From: an uncultured Candidatus Saccharibacteria bacterium
GTDB taxonomy: Bacteria; Patescibacteriota; Saccharimonadia; Saccharimonadales; Saccharimonadaceae
Reading direction: 5' to 3'
Assembly (NCBI GenBank): GCA_964545515.1
Contig: CAZJFK010000001.1
Coordinates: 48,544 to 112,543 of the forward strand
Length of the DNA: 64,000 bases
A program made the position numbers and the translations under genes. The notes under the pieces are model-generated. The model was not told the origin of the DNA. It worked only from the letters and a program-made list of their open reading frames with translations, and made no database searches. The stretch's first letter is position 1; every line of letters begins with the position of its first letter. Shown piece after piece: positions 9,898-18,299 of the stretch.

Positions 9898-10236
9898 CTA
9901 TAATTTCTTCAACGTTTTATTTAAACTGCTAATCTCGCTTGATACCGCATCGACAACCTCGATTCCATATTCAGTCGTCTTGTAATATTTGCGTGGCGGG
10001 CCCTGCTCACTCTCATGCCACTCATACGAAAGCAAGCCATCTTTGTAGAGACGACTAAGTAATGGGTACACCGTGCCCTCCACTACTACCATTTCGGCAG
10101 CACGCAGCTCATTAATAATATCGCTAGTATATTTTGCCTGGCCCGTGCATGTTTTGAGCACGCAATACACCAAAAAACCCTTACGCAATTGCGTCGAAAG
10201 TTGCTTGGCATATTCAGAGCTATTATTTTCTTTCAT
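9898..10236 (-). CDS. PadR family transcriptional regulator
   Basis: Winged-helix PadR signature YTSDIINEL...GTVYPLLSRLYKDGLLSYEWHESEQGPPRKYYKTTEYG. First gene of a co-directional 4-gene block. Confidence 0.88.
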   Translation of the reverse strand: MKENNSSEYAKQLSTQLRKGFLVYCVLKTCTGQAKYTSDIINELRAAEMVVVEGTVYPLLSRLYKDGLLSYEWHESEQGPPRKYYKTTEYGIEVVDAVSSEISSLNKTLKKL

Positions 10237-10242
10237 AGTTCT

Positions 10243-10271
10243 ATGTTATACATAGTACTATGAAATGTCAA
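10243..10271 (-). promoter_or_regulatory. padR promoter (TTGACA-17-TAACAT) with an embedded palindromic candidate operator
   Basis: The minus strand reads TTGACATTTCATAGTACTATGTATAACATAGAACT-ATG. The -35 is consensus and the spacer is 17 nt. The perfect 12-nt palindrome CATAGTACTATG (10251..10262) sits in the spacer. The -10 ends 6 nt before the ATG. Confidence 0.5.
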
Positions 10272-10332
10272 GTCTTTCAAATAAAAAATACTGATTTATT
10301 CTATATGACACGCTTCAAATATATACCAAAAT

Positions 10333-10358
10333 AAATAGCCCCAATCATGGGGCTATTT
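10333..10358 (-). terminator. Intrinsic terminator after the FMN reductase gene
   Basis: Hairpin AAATAGCCCC-aatcat-GGGGCTATTT, followed on the minus strand by a T-rich run. Confidence 0.75.
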
Positions 10359-10372
10359 AGAAACTATACCAA

Positions 10373-10909
10373 CTACTTATTTTCGACAAATTTCACAAAC
10401 GTATCAATATAAGTCTGTAATGATTCACGATATTCACCGACTACTTGGGCGTTTTCGTCTAGTTTGTTCTCGGCAAAGTTAAAATACAGCTCAGGCTGGC
10501 CCATCAATCGCACATTCAAAAACCCAGCAATAACACGTAGCGCAGCTTGGCCAACCGCAGTACCCACAGCTCCCCCGCTCGCACCGGAGATACCCATAGC
10601 TTTACCATTAAATGAATTTTCACCCCATGGGCGACTTAGCCAATCAATTGCGTTTTTGAGTACACCAGGAATACTACGATTATATTCAGGAGTCACAACC
10701 AGCACGCCATCGCTAGCCTCAACAATATCCTTCGCCTTGCGTACAGATTTATCCATACTATATTCATGATCAGCATTAAATAGCGGCAAATTAATGTCTA
10801 CGTACGTAAACTCTACCCCTTTGGGAGCCAAGGCCACTAGGTTATCGGCAAGTTTTTTATTCAGAGAATCTTTGCGTAAACTTCCAACAATAACGGCAAT
10901 TTTTGTCAT
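10373..10909 (-). CDS. NADPH-dependent FMN reductase family protein
   Basis: MTKIAVIVGSLRKDSLNKKLA...LVVTPEYNRSIPGVLKNAIDWLSRP is the flavodoxin-like FMN_red signature. Confidence 0.88.
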   Translation of the reverse strand: MTKIAVIVGSLRKDSLNKKLADNLVALAPKGVEFTYVDINLPLFNADHEYSMDKSVRKAKDIVEASDGVLVVTPEYNRSIPGVLKNAIDWLSRPWGENSFNGKAMGISGASGGAVGTAVGQAALRVIAGFLNVRLMGQPELYFNFAENKLDENAQVVGEYRESLQTYIDTFVKFVENK

Positions 10910-10989
10910 TCGTTTCCTTTCATTTATTACTATACTTAGTATAGCATGTGATAAATATCGCGTAAAGTGGGATTTCCATCGCTCAGCTC

Positions 10990-11018
10990 TTGACTTTTTA
11001 TAATTCTTATGCTAGTAT
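10990..11018 (+). promoter_or_regulatory. Sigma-70-type promoter of the acidic three-gene operon
   Basis: TTGACT (10990..10995), 17-nt spacer, TAGTAT (11013..11018). Confidence 0.55.
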
Positions 11019-11047
11019 GAATAACATAAACAAGGTCCACCACACCT

Positions 11048-12403
11048 ATGAGCAAACACGAACAACCACCAAAACATCAAGAATCTAGCGAAACTTCGGA
11101 TACACCTATTTATGACGCTATCCAAGAAGAAATACTAGCCAAAAATACACCCCAGCATTACAGTACTGCCGGTAAACATTCCGCCGACCGTATGTATTTT
11201 GGTGATGATACTCCTGGCAACAAACACGAATTAAAAGAAGATGGCAGCAACGCCGAATACAGCGTAGCAAGCATCATGAATCGTATCAAAAACGAAGATG
11301 AAGGTTTGTCTCGTTCGCTCGAAGGTTACGGATTTAGCAAACGTGAAGAAGAGGAAAAAGTCCAAGCGATCCTAAATAACGCAGAACTCACCCCAGAAGA
11401 CCGCGAAAACATGCTCAAAAGTGTTGAAAACGACAAGGTTGAAGCTTGGCGACAAAGTGTGCTCGACAAACGGGAAACAGGCATAGCTTCACCCGAAGAA
11501 GTCGAAGAAGAACTCCGCGCTGGCCCACCATGGCAACGGCAAAACACCCCTGCCCCCGCCGAAGCTCAGCCGGTCGACCAAGAAAATGAAGCCGATGAGC
11601 CAAAAACACCCGAAGCTCATGAAACTAGTAATGACAAAGAAGCCGAACGCGAATTTTTTGAAGCACTCGACAAAGAATTAGCCCTGCTAGTCAAAGATGG
11701 CAAAATTACCATCGAAGAAGCAGGCGCCAAGCGTATTCACGCTAGGCATATTCGCAACCTAGGTAGTCTATTTTCAGACGACCCAAGTGCCGATGCTCAT
11801 AAATTTGCGCTTGAAGGCATAGACTCCAAGCAAGAAAACCTAGATTCTACCCTAGGCGAGCTCAATGACGCCGTAAATAATCATGAAAACGAGACGAGTG
11901 GCGAAGTTGAAAGCGCTCTTAGCGATTTAGATGACGCCGTTAACGGCCCCGAAAAACACGAAACCAGTAGCGATGTCTTGGCCGCAATCGACGACCTAGA
12001 CACAGCGGTTAATCACCCCGAAAAATCAAATGACGTAGACGACACCGTCAATGACCTTGATGCTGCGGTAAATAACCCTACCGCAACAAGCGTCGATAAA
12101 TTAGTCGAAAGTAGCAAAGCAAATCCCGAGAAAAAACGTGGTTTACTAAGTAAAATCCGTGAACTAGCTAGCTTTTCTAAATTCCGCCGTGAAGGTCGTG
12201 TCAAGGCCAAGGAAACTATTCGTGAAAAACTAGCCCTGCGCAAAGAAACCAAAAAAGAAGCCAAAGAAGCAAGGGACATGGATTCATTCCTCGATAATCC
12301 TACACGATTTGGTTTTGCTCTACGCGAATGGGTTCGCCGTCACAAAGAAAAGCGATACAAAAAATTATCTCGTAGCGCTAGCCGACTCATGGAGGATAAG
12401 TAA
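11048..12403 (+). CDS. Hypothetical acidic protein with four ~20-aa DLDxAVN tandem repeats and a basic C-terminus
   Basis: Long ORF with no recognisable catalytic motif. Repeats ELNDAVNNHENE / DLDDAVNGPEKHE / DLDTAVNHPEKSN / DLDAAVNNPTAT fall at nt 11840..12076. TAATG overlap with the next ORF. Confidence 0.7.
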   Translation: MSKHEQPPKHQESSETSDTPIYDAIQEEILAKNTPQHYSTAGKHSADRMYFGDDTPGNKHELKEDGSNAEYSVASIMNRIKNEDEGLSRSLEGYGFSKREEEEKVQAILNNAELTPEDRENMLKSVENDKVEAWRQSVLDKRETGIASPEEVEEELRAGPPWQRQNTPAPAEAQPVDQENEADEPKTPEAHETSNDKEAEREFFEALDKELALLVKDGKITIEEAGAKRIHARHIRNLGSLFSDDPSADAHKFALEGIDSKQENLDSTLGELNDAVNNHENETSGEVESALSDLDDAVNGPEKHETSSDVLAAIDDLDTAVNHPEKSNDVDDTVNDLDAAVNNPTATSVDKLVESSKANPEKKRGLLSKIRELASFSKFRREGRVKAKETIREKLALRKETKKEAKEARDMDSFLDNPTRFGFALREWVRRHKEKRYKKLSRSASRLMEDK

Positions 12404-12711
12404 TGAATGACCAACAAATAATCACTCGCAAAGAAATCGAAGAACTAGACGTTGTACCAGTAGACTCCTTGGATGACGCCGTCAAAAAAGCCAACGACAG
12501 AGTTGATGAATTAATCGGAACCGAAGTAATAACATCACTCACGCCCGAGGACATTGAAGAGCTTGCCGACCTACAAGAATCCAGTAAAAGTACCGACGAA
12601 ATCGGTGACTGGATAGCCGAGCGAGTACCAGACTACGCAGAAATCATCGAAGACGCCCGCAACCTAGCCCTAGGTGATTTAGTCGACGAATATGACAAGG
12701 AGGAAGAATAA
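12403..12711 (+). CDS. Small acidic protein, paralogous to the 60590..61033 product (DUF5663-like as far as I recall)
   Basis: LTPEDIEELADLQESSKSTDEIGDWIAERVPDYAEIIEDA aligns with LSDQQLEEFEKIIDKDQGVIDAWIAVHAPNYQEDDIFKRM from the 60590 ORF. Translationally coupled on both sides. Confidence 0.65.
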   Translation: MNDQQIITRKEIEELDVVPVDSLDDAVKKANDRVDELIGTEVITSLTPEDIEELADLQESSKSTDEIGDWIAERVPDYAEIIEDARNLALGDLVDEYDKEEE

Positions 12712-12712
12712 A

Positions 12713-13135
12713 ATGGGTAGACATGAACGAGTAATGCCAGCTGGATATAATAACCCTGGTGAGAATAGCCCAAGCAATGAGCCGGAGCGCAGATTCACGG
12801 CGCCTGGTTTTGACGCACCCGACACTCAGGTCATAAACACGGCCGAAATACGCGAACGCCTACCCCGCCCCCAGGCAATAGTAGGCGAACAAGTCGTAGC
12901 TCGCACAGTACCACACCCCAATGCGATGAACCGTGTAACACAAGCTGACCTCGATGCCAGGTACGGACAAAGTCCTGCCCCTCAAAACTTGGCCGAACGC
13001 ATGCGAAGCATGGGTCCACGCGTCAACACAACTGCCGAGCTCACACGCAACCCCGATGGTAGTATTACGCGTACCGACGGCGGCAGTATTTATACATATC
13101 GATCTAAACTAGATCACCTAAACAACGATAAATAA
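12713..13135 (+). CDS. Hypothetical protein (140 aa)
   Basis: Start set at ATG 12713 (MGRHERVMPAGY...), preceded by AGGAGGAAG. The ORF-track start 12692 lies inside the previous gene. Confidence 0.6.
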   Translation: MGRHERVMPAGYNNPGENSPSNEPERRFTAPGFDAPDTQVINTAEIRERLPRPQAIVGEQVVARTVPHPNAMNRVTQADLDARYGQSPAPQNLAERMRSMGPRVNTTAELTRNPDGSITRTDGGSIYTYRSKLDHLNNDK

Positions 13136-13137
13136 CC

Positions 13138-13166
13138 AAAATCCCCCTACTCTCAAGGGGGATTTT
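13138..13166. terminator. Bidirectional intrinsic terminator between convergent genes
   Basis: AAAATCCCCC-loop-GGGGGATTTT, with A-run and T-run flanks, between the 12713 ORF (+) and lysS (-). Confidence 0.8.
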
Positions 13167-13180
13167 TATAGCACTGCCTA

Positions 13181-14686
13181 TTATAAATCTGGGTATATAG
13201 ATTTGGTTGTCTCGTCTAGCTCGTAGCGCAATTGCGGAAAAGTTACACCTTCGCGCGCCGTCACGCCCTCAAGCGACCAAAAAACTCGCTCCGAGAAACC
13301 TAGGCCACAAGCTGGCGGCATAGCATATTCAAGTGCCTCGACATAATCGATATCCATCATCTGAGCTTCGTCATCACCGGCATCGCGCATACTTTGCTGC
13401 TCGGCAAAACGATTATATTGATCAATTGGGTCATTTAGCTCACTAAACGCCTTACACATCTCGCTACCGCCGAATACCAGATTAAACTGCTCTGTGAGCT
13501 CAGGATTACCCGGCTGTACCTTGGCCAGGGGTTGCATAAATGTCGGCATATCCACGAGGAACATTGGTCCAGCTAGCGTCTTGCGATATTTTTTCCATAG
13601 TTTGTCTAGACTACGAATACGGTTATCAGTTTCTTCGACTTCGAGATTATTTTCCCTTAATTTGGCAGCTATATCCTCTATCGATGAGTTAAATACATCC
13701 ACGCCATACTGTTCACTCAGAACTTGCACGAAGCTAATCCTAGGAAAATGCTCGCCATCGGCACCGAAATCAACTTGCTGGCCGTTTGCCAGTGTAAACT
13801 GCCTAGTGCCCCAGGTATTGTCGACAATATAGCGAATCATTTGCTCTGTTAGCTCCATACCCTTTTCCCAGTCGGCGTACGCCCAGTACCACTCCATAGC
13901 CATATGCTCTGGTAAATGTTCTTCGCTGTAATTTTCGTTACGGAAACGTGGCCCAAGATCAAAAACCTTTTCATACCCCGATACAAGTAGGCGCTTCAAT
14001 GGTAATTCATGACTAATACGCAGGTAAAAATCACTATCCAAAGCATCCATATGAGTCACAAAAGGATTGGCATCAGCCCCACCGGCCGTAGCTTCAAGCA
14101 CTGGGTTATTTATCTCTATAAAATCACGGTCTGTCAAAAAATCACGAGTTGCTTTCCAGAACTTACTACGACGGATAAATCTATCACGTACGTCACTATT
14201 TACAGCAATATCGACATAGCGACGACGTAGGCGCTGCTCTTTGTCAGTAAATTCGGTCGGTAGCGGACGCAAACTCTTGGTTAGTAGCCTGAGTGTCTGC
14301 ACTCCAACAGATATCTCACCCGTCTTGGTCTTGATTACCTGACCGGTAGCCTCGACAAAATCACCACTATCAAGCAGTGGTAGCTGGCTCATGCCCAAAA
14401 TACCAGCGCCGGCGTCTAGTTCATGAACATCTGGTGCATGCAGAAACAGCTGCACTTGTCCAAATTGATCACGTAACACGATAAAAGCTAGCTTGCCAAA
14501 TTTGCGTAGACCCATAATACGCCCGGCTACAGTTACCGTGCTGCCCTCTAGCTCAGAGAATTTTTCGATAATTTCGGATGTTTTGTGTGTACGATGCGAA
14601 TCAGCAGGATAAGAATTAATACCGAGATCTTTGAGTTCGGCTAATTTACGGAGTCGTTCGTCACGATAATCTTTGAGTGTTGACAT
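13181..14686 (-). CDS. lysS: Lysyl-tRNA synthetase, class II
   Basis: OB anticodon-binding N-domain (VTVAGRIMGLRKFGKLAFIVLRDQFGQVQLF) and class II core (FIEINNPVLEATAGGADANPF, GPRFRNE, GLGFSERVF). Confidence 0.95.
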   Translation of the reverse strand: MSTLKDYRDERLRKLAELKDLGINSYPADSHRTHKTSEIIEKFSELEGSTVTVAGRIMGLRKFGKLAFIVLRDQFGQVQLFLHAPDVHELDAGAGILGMSQLPLLDSGDFVEATGQVIKTKTGEISVGVQTLRLLTKSLRPLPTEFTDKEQRLRRRYVDIAVNSDVRDRFIRRSKFWKATRDFLTDRDFIEINNPVLEATAGGADANPFVTHMDALDSDFYLRISHELPLKRLLVSGYEKVFDLGPRFRNENYSEEHLPEHMAMEWYWAYADWEKGMELTEQMIRYIVDNTWGTRQFTLANGQQVDFGADGEHFPRISFVQVLSEQYGVDVFNSSIEDIAAKLRENNLEVEETDNRIRSLDKLWKKYRKTLAGPMFLVDMPTFMQPLAKVQPGNPELTEQFNLVFGGSEMCKAFSELNDPIDQYNRFAEQQSMRDAGDDEAQMMDIDYVEALEYAMPPACGLGFSERVFWSLEGVTAREGVTFPQLRYELDETTKSIYPDL

Positions 14687-14735
14687 CCATACTATTATAC
14701 AACAATCACTACTGATACATAAGTGCTTATGGCTA

Positions 14736-14764
14736 TTGACTTATTACCTCTGTTATGATACTAT
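14736..14764 (+). promoter_or_regulatory. Sigma-70-type promoter of the orphan gene 14782..15708
   Basis: TTGACT (14736..14741), 17-nt spacer, TACTAT (14759..14764). Same layout as the 10990 promoter. Confidence 0.55.
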
Positions 14765-14781
14765 GTAAGTACGAGTAAAAA

Positions 14782-15708
14782 ATGCCACTAAAAACACCAA
14801 ATATCTTCAAAAAACGCAACCCGTCCGAATACTCTCAGGACAAACGAGCAAGAGCTGCATCTCTTGTTGGCAAAGAACTCTCTCTGCTCAATAAACTAGA
14901 GCTACGTAGGGCTAGCAATAAAATCACCAAAAACCTAGGTAAATCTGGCCTGCAAGGGCTGATGGCTACAATGGAGATTGCATCTGTAACTAAAAGTGAT
15001 CATGATATCACTAACGCCGAGCAGGCTCTCGATCAATATTTTCCAGTAGATGAAACTACTTCACCAAACTCCCAGCACGTAAACAAACAGAGTCACGATG
15101 AATTCAAGGCAGCACTCGCTTACACCCACGATAATCCAAGCGTAACCTTTGGACGCGCACTAACTCACGCCGAAGCCACAGGTGATGAGGCCAGGGGTCA
15201 AGACATCGAAGACCTGATTAGGCTTAGTCATGATCGGATGGATGAAATTCGCCGCGATGACGAAACCCACACCGCTGCCAACCCAGGTCGCGAAGAAGAA
15301 CGACGCACCATACGTAACCTAATCGACAGTCGCATAATAAAATATGCCGACAAAGACGAAGATAAACAAACCGAGGAATTCAACCAATTAATCGACTTCC
15401 TTTTCGGGCATTTCGCCAAGAGAGGCAACGAAGAATACAGAAAAAGACTAGATGGGTTGCTCAATTACATTAGCGTACTAGTACACAATAGTCGTCCCAC
15501 CGAGGGTTTTCAACCCAGCAAGAAATATATAGCTCTAACAGTATTTCAGGACATCTTAATGGATCGTATTATCGAAGAGTCTAGAATAGAAAACGAAAAC
15601 AACCGCCGCTTAGAAAAAGAGCGTCTAAAAAATGCCGGTCAAGATGCCGACGATGATAGTGGTACTGTAAAATACGACCCATTCGCAGACGAAGAAGAAA
15701 ATGAATAA
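14782..15708 (+). CDS. Hypothetical protein (308 aa), charged, no recognisable domain
   Basis: Stand-alone ORF with its own promoter and terminator. I recognise no motif. Confidence 0.65.
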   Translation: MPLKTPNIFKKRNPSEYSQDKRARAASLVGKELSLLNKLELRRASNKITKNLGKSGLQGLMATMEIASVTKSDHDITNAEQALDQYFPVDETTSPNSQHVNKQSHDEFKAALAYTHDNPSVTFGRALTHAEATGDEARGQDIEDLIRLSHDRMDEIRRDDETHTAANPGREEERRTIRNLIDSRIIKYADKDEDKQTEEFNQLIDFLFGHFAKRGNEEYRKRLDGLLNYISVLVHNSRPTEGFQPSKKYIALTVFQDILMDRIIEESRIENENNRRLEKERLKNAGQDADDDSGTVKYDPFADEEENE

Positions 15709-15730
15709 TCGCCGCTAATAAGCGGCGATT
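15707..15730. terminator. Bidirectional intrinsic terminator
   Basis: AATCGCCGC-taataa-GCGGCGATT between the convergent 14782 ORF and greA. Confidence 0.8.
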
Positions 15731-15751
15731 ATTCTATATCAAAATTTAGTG

Positions 15752-16201
15752 TTATCCTACCTTAACGATATCGTAGGTAACTTTACCGTTCTGAATAGAT
15801 ACGCTATCCCCAGCCTTTTTACCCATTAGTGCGCTACCGATTGGTGACTCATTGCTGACTTTGCCATTTGCTGGATCAGCTTCAACTGGACCAACAATAA
15901 AATATGTAACTGTCTTGCCCTTAAATTTAAGTTCCACAGTGCTACCAAGTTTTACAACGCTACTCTTAGAAGCCTTGATAAGGCTGGCATTTTGTAAGAT
16001 ATCTTCGATTTCGGCAATACGACTCTCAACAAGACCTTGCTCTTCGCGAGCAGCATCATATTCGGCATTTTCACTCAAATCTCCATAATCGCGAGCTTCG
16101 GCTATTTTGTCTGCTATTTCACCGCGGCGACCTTTAAGTTGATCGAGTTCTTGCTCTAGCTCTTTTTTGCCGGCGTCGGTAATCTGAAACTGTTTTTTCA
16201 T
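15752..16201 (-). CDS. greA: Transcription elongation factor GreA
   Basis: ITDAGKKELEQELDQLKGRRGEIADKIAEARDYGDLSENAEYDAAREEQ is the GreA coiled-coil signature. C-terminal FKBP-like domain present. SD AAAGAGGAAAA. Confidence 0.93.
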   Translation of the reverse strand: MKKQFQITDAGKKELEQELDQLKGRRGEIADKIAEARDYGDLSENAEYDAAREEQGLVESRIAEIEDILQNASLIKASKSSVVKLGSTVELKFKGKTVTYFIVGPVEADPANGKVSNESPIGSALMGKKAGDSVSIQNGKVTYDIVKVG

Positions 16202-16262
16202 ATATTTTCCTCTTTGTCGTCAAAAACTTTTAATTATAAGAAGCACTCACCCCCTCTTATAG

Positions 16263-17504
16263 TCATCTTAGTCTATCAAGAAGTTCATCTAGTGTCAATT
16301 CTTTCGTTTCGGCAGTTTGACGAGTGGTAAATTCGTATTTCTGAGCCTCTACCAGGCGATCGCTGACGGTGACACGATATGGTAATCCAATCAATTCAGC
16401 ATCGGCAAATTTAGTACCCGGACGCTCATCACGGTCATCATAAAGTACCTCGACACCCCGGCTAGTTAGTTCATCATATAGCTTATCTGCCTCGGCGCTG
16501 CCCTTTTCACCAATTGATACTAAATACACTTTGTACGGCGCAACCGCTTCGGGCCAGACAATACCTTTGTCATCAGAGAGAATCTCGACAATCGTACCCA
16601 TTAGTCGCGTGATACCGATACCGTACGATCCCATAAATACCGGAACTACCCGACCTTGATTATCGGTGTAGGTCAAATTAAACGGTTCAGAGAATTTATG
16701 CGCCAGTGAAAATATATTTCCAACCTCAATCGATTTTTTCTGCACAAGCCCACTGCGCTCCACTCCGAGATCAGCCAAAACTTCGTCGTTAAACACTTCT
16801 TCGTTAATCGCGATATTTTTTGCTTCATCGATATATATGATATCTTCGCCAGCATCAGACACCGCCTGAAACTCATGAGAATACTTCGCAAACGTCCCAC
16901 CCGAAGCAAACGTTATATAGGTCTTATCACCAATACCAACACGTTCAAAAACATTCCGATAAGCTACTTTCATGGCTTCATAGAACTCGTCATGCTGAGC
17001 TTTGTCCTGCGAAAAAGAATAAAGAGCTTTCCAATAAAACTCGCGTCCGCGCATAATACCCGACTTGCTCCGAAGCTCATTGCGAAAAATAGTTTTGAAA
17101 TCATAGAGATATAGTGGTAGGTCTTTGTACGATTTCACGTAGTTACGGACAATGTTTGAATATGCCTCTTCATTCGTAAATGACAAACCAAGTTCTGTAT
17201 CGTTTTTCAACTTCGTCTTAAACCAGTTGTCCACCACCTCGTCATCCCAACGATTTGTCGTCTCCCAAACTTCCTTGCTCTGCAGGGCTGAAGTTTTCAT
17301 CTGTACGCCACCGACTTTGTCCATTTCATCTTTGACGATAGCGACTAGTTTTTCGAGCACTCTATATCCGAGCGGCAACAGCGTATACACACCGGCCATC
17401 TCCTTGTAGACATAGCCCGCGCGTATCAAAAGCTGGGCATTGAGAGCCACTTCATCCGCTGGTGCAGTTTTGCTTGTTTTTGTAAATAATTCTGAACGAC
17501 GCAT
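16263..17504 (-). CDS. proS: Prolyl-tRNA synthetase, bacterial-type, lacking the INS editing domain (413 aa)
   Basis: MRRSELFTKTSKTAPADEVALNAQLLIRAGYV..., motif 2-like FRNELRSKSGIMRGREF, motif 3 GSYGIGITRLMG, and a C-terminal anticodon-binding domain. There is no ~180-aa insertion between motifs 2 and 3. Confidence 0.9.
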   Translation of the reverse strand: MRRSELFTKTSKTAPADEVALNAQLLIRAGYVYKEMAGVYTLLPLGYRVLEKLVAIVKDEMDKVGGVQMKTSALQSKEVWETTNRWDDEVVDNWFKTKLKNDTELGLSFTNEEAYSNIVRNYVKSYKDLPLYLYDFKTIFRNELRSKSGIMRGREFYWKALYSFSQDKAQHDEFYEAMKVAYRNVFERVGIGDKTYITFASGGTFAKYSHEFQAVSDAGEDIIYIDEAKNIAINEEVFNDEVLADLGVERSGLVQKKSIEVGNIFSLAHKFSEPFNLTYTDNQGRVVPVFMGSYGIGITRLMGTIVEILSDDKGIVWPEAVAPYKVYLVSIGEKGSAEADKLYDELTSRGVEVLYDDRDERPGTKFADAELIGLPYRVTVSDRLVEAQKYEFTTRQTAETKELTLDELLDRLR

Positions 17505-18299
17505 CTAACCTCCGATAAGTGGTGCGATAAATAATATATAGTATGCCACCCCGTTTTTAAACATATGCACTAGCACTCCTGCCCATATACTGCCAGTCAG
17601 GCTACGTAGTCCGCACAGGAATAGACTGAGTATAAATACGTTTACACTGACATTCCATTGCCAATGAGCTAATCCAAACAACAAACTCACTATAATAGCC
17701 GACAGTACCACTGGTATATACTTATTTAGTTTACCATATAGATACCCCCGAAAAACCGTCTCTTCGGCAATTGGTGCCAAAACTACCAGAGTAATAAAAG
17801 CCAAGACATTATCCATAGACGTACCAAAGGCCTTGAACCCGACATCTTGTGCTTGGTCAACCGGAAAACCAGGTATGAAATGTACCACCCCGTTAATCAC
17901 AACCGATGCAACAATCATATATACAATAAGCGTAACCGGAGCAAGACCGATATCGGTCCAAGTCATCAATCTATCTAGCCCTAGGTCCTTGTAATCAAAA
18001 TCTTTACTGCGACGATAAAGCATGGGCACAAATATAGCTATGCCTAGTGTCAAAACATAAATAACAAGGGCCTGGATAGTCTGGTAGACAGAATCTTTGA
18101 CGTAATTCTCGGGGTGTATATCCAGCCAACTCATGGTAATTAGTATGCCTATGACCACAAAAGTTGATACGATATAAGCAAAAGCTACCCATGCAGGTAA
18201 TATAATAGCCATACGCCACCTATAACGTCGCCCACCGTGATGCTTGCTTGGGCGGCTCTTCAAGACAGGTGCCAGTGGGTTATTTGATGATTTTTCCAA
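17505..18299 (-). CDS. CPBP family intramembrane glutamic endopeptidase (CAAX protease-like)
   Basis: Polytopic protein with EETVFRGYLY and FGLAHW motifs. Confidence 0.82.
   Translation of the reverse strand: MEKSSNNPLAPVLKSRPSKHHGGRRYRWRMAIILPAWVAFAYIVSTFVVIGILITMSWLDIHPENYVKDSVYQTIQALVIYVLTLGIAIFVPMLYRRSKDFDYKDLGLDRLMTWTDIGLAPVTLIVYMIVASVVINGVVHFIPGFPVDQAQDVGFKAFGTSMDNVLAFITLVVLAPIAEETVFRGYLYGKLNKYIPVVLSAIIVSLLFGLAHWQWNVSVNVFILSLFLCGLRSLTGSIWAGVLVHMFKNGVAYYILFIAPLIGG

Noticed and set aside
11840-12076. Tandemly repeated DNA that might be a VNTR, a CRISPR-like array or an assembly artefact.
   Set aside because: The repeats are in-frame, diverged at the nucleotide level, and encode a coherent peptide motif (DLDxAVN). 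There are no identical direct repeats with unique spacers. They are protein-level repeats.
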